This document shows positions 54,530-64,000 of a stretch of 64,000 nt of DNA, one piece after another. The DNA is from Chrysomallon squamiferum (taxonomy: Eukaryota; Animalia; Mollusca). The notes beneath the pieces are model-generated. The model saw only the letters and a program-made list of their open reading frames with translations. It made no database searches and was not told the DNA's origin. Position numbers and translations under genes: made by a program. Location: positions 5,270,001-5,334,000 of the forward strand of contig CM022673.1 in assembly GCA_012295275.1 (NCBI GenBank). Reading direction: 5' to 3'. How positions within the stretch are numbered: the stretch's first letter is position 1; the number at the start of each line of letters is the position of its first letter.

Positions 54530-54725
54530 AACCTAGACACAGAAAGAGAGAGAAATAAAGAGATACAGACACAAAAAAAAAAAAAAAAAAATATATATAG
54601 AGACAAAAAAAGAGATAGAAAGAGAGATACAGACACAAAGAAACAAATATAGAGACAAAAAAAAAAAGAGATACAGACACAAAGAAACAAATATAGAGAC
54701 AAAGAGAGAGAGAGAAAGAAAGATA
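54530..54725 (+). repeat. AG-rich minisatellite
   Basis: AGAGATACAGACACAAA(GAAACAAATATAGAGACAAA) is repeated about 3 times. Confidence 0.7.
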
Positions 54726-55477
54726 CAGATAGACACGAAGTCATAAAAGAGAGAGAGAGAAAGAGGCAGAGCTAGAGACAGACGGATAGCAATGATAAAA
54801 CGAAGATTTATGTAAATAAAAAGCAATCTTCATCTGAAAAACGCCCACCACCATCTCCAGTCCACATTCATAAACCAGATGCAAAAACGATGACATACTT
54901 CGACCTCGTGTGTATTTTGTTGTCTCTCATATCTGGGTAGGTTGGCTAGTTTTCGAGAATAAAAACCTATTTCATCAGAAAGGTGCTTGTTTTTCTCTCG
55001 CATTTTGCCCGATTATCTTCTTTTTTTATTTCTTTTTCTTCTTCTAAAACTGTTGATTCCGTTTCTGGGATTTCGTTTTGCAAGGCGGAAATTTAATCAA
55101 AAACTTCGTCCAACTTGTGACCTTTTAGTGAAATTGCACTATTCGTTTCCGTGTTGAAACATCAACAGAATGATGGTGTTTGTAACTCAGATATGAGAAA
55201 AACCGCGATAGAAAATTTGACATCGATTTCTATATATATATATAACGAGAGCGATACAGAGAGAGATAGAGAGATTGAGAGAGAGAGAGAGAGCTGTCAG
55301 TATCTATATACTACCTTATTATGCAGCCCGTTACATCAGGCTGCGATTTAGATGATATACACTGGTATTGACTTACGAAGTATCCTGTATTCTGACACAG
55401 AGACTCTTTCTTTTGTATTTGGTTACTAGAGATTGCATTCATTTTTGCTTCTTCGATGCGTAGATATGTGACATCTT

Positions 55478-55631
55478 TATAAATAGCCAGCATACTCTGC
55501 ACCCTGTTGTTATAGAGGAGTCGGTGTGAATGCAAGCTCGAGTGGAGAGAATAAACATTTACAGTCTTTACTGCTGCGAATTTCTTGACAGGACAAAAAG
55601 ACATTCAGAGTGATTTGGATCGAAGGTGAGT
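55478..55631 (+). promoter_or_regulatory. Candidate TATA promoter plus short non-coding first exon
   Basis: TATAAATA at 55478-55485 and a consensus donor GAAG|GTGAGT at 55625/55626. The intervening sequence has stops in all frames. Confidence 0.35.
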
Positions 55632-55849
55632 GTGTTACAAATAACCAGGCCAGACTGAGTGCTGTAATAACTAGTAGTTTAACTGACAGCAAATGATAAT
55701 TATTTGTTTCATTGTTTTCTTTCTTTCTTTACCTGCCTTGTGGTCTCTCTTTTATACCCCTCTCATTTTTTTCAGGTTTCTTTCTCTGCGAAATATTCGT
55801 GTTAGTATTCTTTTTAAATGTCTTAGAAAAAAATAGAAAAAATAAAAAA

Positions 55850-55880
<31 letters not shown>

Positions 55881-56785
55881 AAATAAAAGAAGATGAATTT
55901 TCATATATTATCCTTATTCTATTGCTCAGTCCATAAGAACATATCTTAAATAAAATAATTATTTCTTTTATTACGAATAACTATGATTAATTATAACGAG
56001 CAAGCAAAAATATAATAATCACTAACGATGTAAAATTTCCCTAAATTTCCTTTTAATTGTGAGAATGTAACCAAATGTAATTATAAATATTAATAATTTT
56101 TTTTTTAATGTCATATAAATATTGATTAATAATAACAATAAAAAACAACAGTAATAACAACAACAATCACTATCACCACAACAACAACAACATCAGCAAT
56201 GATTTTTGTTTTCTTGGATAGGTGTTTTTTTTTTTTTTTTTTTTTTTTTTTTGTATTTAATAATCGCCAGTAATGAAAATTATCGAGACTGTAGAGCAAA
56301 CTTTCATTCATTCATTTGTTCATCCATCCATCCATCCATCATTTGTTACATACTCATCCAGACGCAAACAATGCATATAATTTACATGTATGCATGCTAC
56401 ACAAATACAAAATAAACATACATTATATGCATTCACTCATTCATTCATTCATCCATTCATTCACAAATGCATTCACAAATTCACAAACATAGTCATGCAG
56501 ATATTACGTTACGTACATTGTCAGCTTAATAAACAAACACGGCTTTCTCCAACGAACAGTAGAACTGGTACGGAACTACAAAATGGGGTTCATGACGCAT
56601 GCTTACAGTGTGGGGTTTATCTACGTTAACCACGACTGGCACCACAGCTGTGACTTTTGCAGACTTGGACGCCGTTCTCGAAGTCTGGTTTGTATCACCC
56701 AGTTTACACGATCTTCCAAGTCCGGCGGCGAGTTTTACATGGAAAAAAAAAAAATTAATAATAATAATAATAACTCAATTACAAG

Positions 56786-56834
<49 letters not shown>

Positions 56835-58330
56835 TAAAAAAAAAAGCCAACAACAAAATACAACAAATAGCTTGTTGTCAAATGTGAGAAAAACAGTAAA
56901 CTGGCTGGCTGGGTTCACTTGTTTTGATGAATCAAATGACCAGTAGGAGATGACCTCGCTCGAGGTCTGTGAAATGTTAAACTTGAATATCAATGAATTA
57001 TTATTTAAAAGAGGGGTTTGAAAAATGTCAGTTTTCCTCAGATACAAATTTTTATATCGAGACACGAAGATCAGAGGTTTGTTGTTTATTTACAGTCCAG
57101 TGTAAAAGATCAACAGTGATGATAAATGATGGTCAAAGTTTCCGTTCCAACCAAAGCCTCATCTGGACCATTAAGACAAGTGGTATTTGTTTGTTATTTT
57201 GGACAGTTATATTAAAAAGTATTAAGTTAATGTCAGATGTGTGTGGGGGGGTGTGTGAGTGTCTTATATATATATATATATATAAGTGTAATTACTAAGT
57301 AGGATTAATATTAAAGTATTTCCTTACCACCTACCCAATCCGCACCACGTATGTTAGTTAAACGAATTTTAACAACGTTAATAAAAATAAATAACTGTGA
57401 TGTGATACCTTCATTAAGAAAACTGGCGGCTGTTTTGTTTTTATTTCTCTTCTGACCGATTTTTCTTTTTAATTTTCTTTCCAATAATCTTGACCTTTTC
57501 TTCCCCCCCCCATCTCCCACTGTTTCACCCTGGTTGTTCTTATTGATAAATAATGTTTTCGTACAGCTTCGTAAAAAAAAAAAAAAAAAAAAACAGAACA
57601 TTTAGCACACACACTCAGTCGTAATTGTTTGCCCCGATTTCATTATCGCTAAAAAAAAAAAAAAAAAACCTAAAAAAACCCACTATCATGTTTTTACGTT
57701 ACATCTGTGGGTATATGAGGCTGATAAACGAATGCCGAGACGATTCAAAACATTCCAACTGGTTGTGCGAATAGTTTGCTCAACGTTTCTGTAATTGACA
57801 ATACTCGTCTGCTGCAGAACTAGCTGCAGACGATAAGATTTTTAACGCGCGCGTGTAATTTAGATTAAGGATCGCTAAGGACTGTGATATTTGTATTGAG
57901 TGTAGGAGTGATAGTAATGATGGTACAGAGGCATTAGTTGCAGTTGTTGTAAGTAACAGTAGTTGTAACTGTAGCAACAGCAGCAGAATTAATAGCAGCA
58001 GTAGTAAATAGTAATAGTAAGTAATAGCATTAGTAGTGGTAAATAATAGCAATAGTAGTAGTAAGTGTAGTAGCAGTAGTAGTTAGTAATAGTTACTAGC
58101 AGTAGTAGTGGTAGTAGAGTAGTAGTAGTAGAAGTAGTAATAATAGTAGTAGTGGTGATGCAGTTGTAGCAGAACTAGAAATCTTAGTAAAAGTGCTGTT
58201 GATAATGATGTTCATGATTTGAGGAATTAGTCGAGAAGAAACCCGAACCTGCTTTTATTTGTTTACACTGACAGCGAACCGATGATGTTTATTTTCGTGT
58301 GTTTTCTGTAGATCAAATAATTATATCCTG

Positions 58331-58367
<37 letters not shown>

Positions 58368-58966
58368 TAATTACGATTATGTTAATAACATTCAATAGCC
58401 AATAATTTAAGAAGAAAATAACCAACAAAAACGAAAAAAGAAAAACTTGTCCCAGTTCATAAAAGTGACGTTGCTCAGGTAATTCTGAAACTAATACTAA
58501 CCTGGGATGCAGGTCAACAAAAACAACCCATCTCACCATCTTTACCTGGGTGTTTTTACTCCAAAGATATCTTTTCACGAAATATAACCCCTTTCAAAAG
58601 TGTGCATTTCTAATTCTAAATAAAAAGAACTGCATTCTTTTTAGCCGTATCTTTTTGTTTGATACCGTTTTTGGAAATGCAGGTTTGACTATCAAAATTG
58701 TTCCGGCATGCGTGAAATCACCCCCAAGGATTAAAATGTCAAGGTCAGACGTTGACTACGTCCCCTAGAATCATTGCATGTCGTGAAATCCTAGACATTC
58801 AAACGTCTGAGTCACTGAATCACATTTCTTTTTCACGCTACAGTAGCGCCTGTCTTTCAGCATGCAAAGGTATGTGAATCTAAGTAACGACCATTAACTG
58901 TGTACTTTTATACTCATGTGTACTGGTGGTAAGTCTAGAACACCCACCCACACATTCGCACGCACA

Positions 58967-58999
<33 letters not shown>

Positions 59000-59183
59000 T
59001 ACACACACATATCGAATCTTGCTCTGAGCATCGTACATTTCGGATATCTTAACTGGACTTTGTCGTCCATTTGTTATATAATTGCAGAGTTTAACCAGAG
59101 GTAGTACATAAGAACACAAAATATTTATTTTTAAATATACTGCACACTCACATACATATAGATTACATACATACATACATACA

Positions 59184-59214
<31 letters not shown>

Positions 59215-59716
59215 CATACATACATACATACATACTTACATACATACAAACATATACCATACCATACGGTACCATACCATTCATACACAGACACATACGT
59301 ACACGCAGTTTAATGGAATCATCAATAAATAAATAAACTCATAATCTACCCAGAAGTAATTATACGTGAGTGTATGTTACACAGGAAATTCTTAAAATAT
59401 CGAAACCAATAAGTTTCCTGAAATCAGATAACCGATATTTTTCTTTGTCTGACAGCCATTTTTAGAAATGGAAATATTTCCTATTTCCTTTTTCTCTTTC
59501 ATCTTTTCTTCACCACTCCTCTTTTGTTTAAAGAAAACTGTTAAACGATACCTGTATCTAAATAAGCAGTTTGTGTTTTGTAAACGGTAATTATTTTCCT
59601 TGTGTGTTACGATTTATTAATTTATTTTATTTTTTGTTGGATCATTCGCTATTTAATATATTATCATCATCATCATCATCATCATCTTCATCATCATTAT
59701 CATTATTATTATTACA

Positions 59717-59764
<48 letters not shown>

Positions 59765-60092
59765 GCTTCTGCTGCTGCTTTTGTTGTTGTTGTTCATCAT
59801 CACTTGAGTATGCTTTTGTCATCTTCAAAAGAAATTTTATTTGCGCCACCCATTTAGGGCCTCGTCAGCAGGCCTTTACCCAAAACGCTCTGTGACATTT
59901 ACGAGAGCGGCAAACAGATAATGATGGCTGTTTGTCATGTAACCTTATTGCCTCTAGTTAGTTTCATGTGATAACTTATTTTTTTTTTTTTTTATATATA
60001 TATATATTTTTACTACACGTTGCGTATTGGGGCCTCTATGAAGATATATATTTTTAATGACGTTTTTAGCTCTTTTTTTTTTTATCCTGTAG

Positions 60093-60106
60093 CCTGTAGG
60101 TGGCGC
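60093..60106 (+). promoter_or_regulatory. CTCF-like site
   Basis: CCTGTAGGTGGCGC matches 13/14 positions of the CCASYAGRKGGCRS consensus, in a CpG-enriched island. Confidence 0.4.
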
Positions 60107-60435
60107 GCGTGTAGATTGGTAACCACTGCGTAAAACGCGCCTGCGTAACTTTTGATGCGTGTTGTAAGATAACTTTGATTTTTGTTGTGTACATAAACCC
60201 CCGAAACGATGAAAATTATTTAATGTGAGCCCAGCAAGGCGGAGGTGGGGGGGGGGGCTTGTTTGTAGTGTCCGCTTGAAAACAAATGGAAAGCCTGCCT
60301 TTAATTTTTTTTTTTTTTTCGTTTTCGTTTTCTTTTTTATATAATAATTATAATAACTAAATTATTTGTAAAATAAATGAAAATAATTTGAAAGTTAATA
60401 AGTATACCATGTTTTTGTTAGCAGTTCTCTCTTTC

Positions 60436-60531
<96 letters not shown>

Positions 60532-60705
60532 TCACATCTTGAAGTCTGTCTGTCCAATCACCCTATTATTCGCACGATCTCTCGGCTCAACAACCAAACC
60601 AAAACAATCAATTACAAACTAATAAAAACAATAGTGCCCCTTACTTTAATAACAACAGCAATAATTAATATTTTATCAATTCCTTTATTTAATAGGTTAT
60701 TTTTT

Positions 60706-60752
<47 letters not shown>

Positions 60753-61030
60753 CACGCGCACAAATTACCTACATACTTACTTTTATCACCACATTTAACA
60801 TCTCACTATGACGCATATTTACTCTCAGATAGATAAACAGTTTTTAAATGTATCTTCATCGTCGTCATTCAGTGATATACCAGCGTTATAACATTATAAC
60901 AAGTGAAGCATGCTGCTCACAGTTACAAAACAAAATACCTTTAGACTTAGGCCACCAGAATTAAAGTTTCAGTTTTGCGTCAACACAAATTAAATGACTC
61001 TGAAGATATTTGTTAATTTGTTTCTGTATT

Positions 61031-61077
<47 letters not shown>

Positions 61078-62018
61078 CGGGCACACGCGCGCGGTTATGT
61101 ATATTTACTTGTTTATTTTTTAATATTTGTATTTAAAGCAATACTGAACGTTTTATGAAAACCCCAAATTTAACAAGCTTGAACATTCAGCCAAACTGAT
61201 TAACTGATTGTCTTTTTACTGTACATGTTTAACATTCAGTGATAGGGCTGACAATGATTTTGAAAATTTATTTTGCCTGATTATACGCAAAACGTTGATT
61301 AATTCTAAAAATACTGGTCGTATTATAGCACACAGGACAATTTCACATTCAGAAATGTCTCGGTTTTACACAACAAAAGAACTGAAAAAGAAAGAAGAAG
61401 AAAAAACAATCAGATAATTACATTTATTAGGGATTATACGTGGATAAATAATCTATTATCGGGCTAATCAGATGGGTCAAAAAAAAAAAAAAAAAAAAAA
61501 AAAGAAAGAAGAAAAAAAACAACCCCGCATACCCTTTAAACGTATCAAGTATCTTTAATAATCTCTCAGGTAAATGAACCTAATTATACATGTAATGTAT
61601 CTATACATTTATCCTTCCTGTGTATCTATTAGTGTCCATTATGAATATCTGATATTAATTTTAATCCAAACTAATACGTCTTGTCATGGAATTGTAAAAT
61701 TAATTAGAAGACCCTTGTCACTGTGTGTGAATGTATATCTTTGAAAATGATATACTTAATAACAATTAATGGGTGTTCATGTCAGGTTTATATGCAGCTT
61801 TGAATTATATATATATATAAGCGAAGACTCTCCTCTCCCCAACAACTAAATAATAATAATACGTGGGATAGATAATAAATTGAAAACCTATATATTCTTT
61901 CACTCTTTATATCTTTTTCTTTCTTCTTTCCTTTTTCTTCTTCTTCTCTCTCTCCTTTTTCTCGCTATCTAATTACTTAAATATTTACTTATATAACATT
62001 TCAAAGTATATACATACA

Positions 62019-62054
<36 letters not shown>

Positions 62055-62058
62055 TACA

Positions 62059-62092
<34 letters not shown>

Positions 62093-62515
62093 ATTCTTTT
62101 AACAGCATTTAATTTGATGCATCACCGATTTGTTTTAATCAGTGTCTCGTTGGCCATAAATCCTTAAATCTATCTAAATCTTAGGGCCAAAATTAACCTC
62201 ATAAAAGAGATAGACATCCCAGTCATAATTAAGTTTCGCGTCCTATCGATGTAAGCTTGTGTAGACGACATTATGCTACGCTGTCGACATGACGCCCATT
62301 GGCACAGAGAACTTAGTTTGGTTAATTGTATTAGTTCAGTAGCACCATTTCAATAGCTCTCGTGTGAATGTATGCCTTGAGTGGCGAGCGCAGTTTGTTT
62401 TGCCCCGTGTTTATTGATGTCAGGGGAAGCGAACCTAGTTTAATGATAATCAAAAGGGACGGGTCTGAATAGAGTGAAAGAGCGTGTTTTCCAGTGTGTA
62501 TGAGTGTGGAAGATA

Positions 62516-62547
<32 letters not shown>

Positions 62548-63123
62548 AATAATAATAATAATTATTATTATTATATTAATATTATCATTATTATTATAAA
62601 AAATAGTGATAATGACAGCAGTAGTAGTAGTAGTAATAGTAATAGCAGTAGTAGAAGCAGTAGTAGTAGTAGTAGTAGTGGTAGTAGTAATAACACGAAG
62701 AACAACGGTAACAACGAGATATGAATACACTTATTGCTCCTTTAATTAACACAGTTCAGTTATGGAGATAAATTTCTCCAGCCGGTCAGTTCAGATGTTT
62801 TCTTATATAACTGTATATTCCCTTCACGTCACTGTTATGATATATACTTTTGACAGGCGTTTTCCCATCAGTACAAACATCACTATTTAATTATCAGGCC
62901 GGTTGTTGACCCGGAAGACTAAAGAGGGGGCGGGTGTATTTGGTCAGCATTGTAACAGGTTAATAGGAGTTAATTGTCTCCCCTGATGTTACTATATACA
63001 AATTGTTCTGTAGCAAGATTACATGGAAGTATACAAAATCGTTATATTTACTGGAATTCTATATAAATTAATAAATGGGACTAGTTAGAAATAATGAGGA
63101 TAATAACTGACTCGCTCAGAATG

Positions 63124-63154
<31 letters not shown>

Positions 63155-64000
63155 CGCGTTACATTCGTAATAAAGAACAAAGCAAATAATTAAGCAGAAA
63201 ACCAAAACCCGCTAGGTTTTTTTATGGGTTTTTTTTCTATTAGTAAAAAATAATTTGAAACATGCAACGTCCCACAGACACGAAAACATATTAACCGGAA
63301 TTTAATAAAAAGTATTCGACAGTGGTTGGAACTTGAAAAAAACCCACCTATTGGCCATGAAGAAGAACTGATAGTCCCACCTACCAAGTCCCGAGCAAAC
63401 GTCATAACCTTGAGTTATAAACCTGCTCTTTAGTCTGAGAAAGAGATAACAGAACATTTTGTTCTTTGTCTGCAGTGAGAACTATATCACTTGTTTATCG
63501 GGCCTTCCCATTTATGTACCGGATAAATTAAAACTTTAAAGTTGTTGACCAGCTGTCGCGAAGCACGCCTTTCATGGTCACAAATAATTCGACAGCCTGA
63601 GCTTTTTGTTTAAGAGCTGTCATGGTCAGTGTTAACCAGTGCTGATTAGAAAGAAGAAGAAGAAGAAGAAGAAGAAGAAGAAGCAGAAGAAGAAATTAAC
63701 GAAAAGAGTTTATACCTTCAAAAAATTAGCTTGATCTATAGCAGCTATCAGGATGCTATTTTGGAACCTGCTGTGCATACTAGTTAATATATTTTTTAAA
63801 TATTCTAATACTAAAAATCACAGTATATAAATTTCTTATCTTTACAAAATTTTTTTACAAAGTACTAATGCAGTAATAATTGTATAGCAATAACGAAGTG
63901 AAACGACTCGAACTTTCAACCCATGCTTTCTCAAGATTTACTACGAAAGCCCCGAAACCTCATAAAATAACAGTCATTACACTTCTGTATTTCACTCAGT

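Noticed and set aside
55311-55692. Minus-strand ORFs 55311..55604 and 55510..55692 as coding exons
   Set aside because: No recognisable motif and no linked exons; the region is explained as well by plus-strand promoter-like signals.

Overview
AT-rich, microsatellite-dense eukaryotic (metazoan) genomic DNA. The style of the TRIM-like gene and of the repeats suggests an invertebrate, possibly a mollusc, but the sequence alone cannot prove this. The first ~13 kb holds the recognisable protein genes. (1) An intronless tRNA dimethylallyltransferase (TRIT1/MOD5/MiaA family, minus strand, ATG at 2251) sits inside a tRNA-Ala gene cluster. The cluster has 8 Ala(TGC) genes (one with a U8>C change), 2 Ala(CGC) genes and 3 decayed copies, arranged partly as three CGC-TGC-TGC triplets. 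A ninth Ala(TGC), identical to the canonical copies, lies alone at 47 kb. (2) A three-coding-exon RING / coiled-coil / NHL-like E3 ligase (TRIM-like, no B-box, 661 aa by manual splicing) lies on the minus strand at 10097-12814. The remaining ~50 kb has no convincing protein-coding exon. It contains simple repeats, a MITE, tRNA-derived SINE-like remnants, a 71-nt hairpin, a 38-bp palindromic minisatellite, candidate plus-strand 5' exons and scattered transcription-factor motifs. Almost all short ORFs in the supplied track are translations of microsatellites or antisense readings of tRNAs. The best lead for an undescribed system is the tRNA-modifying enzyme gene embedded among tRNA genes that are not its substrates.
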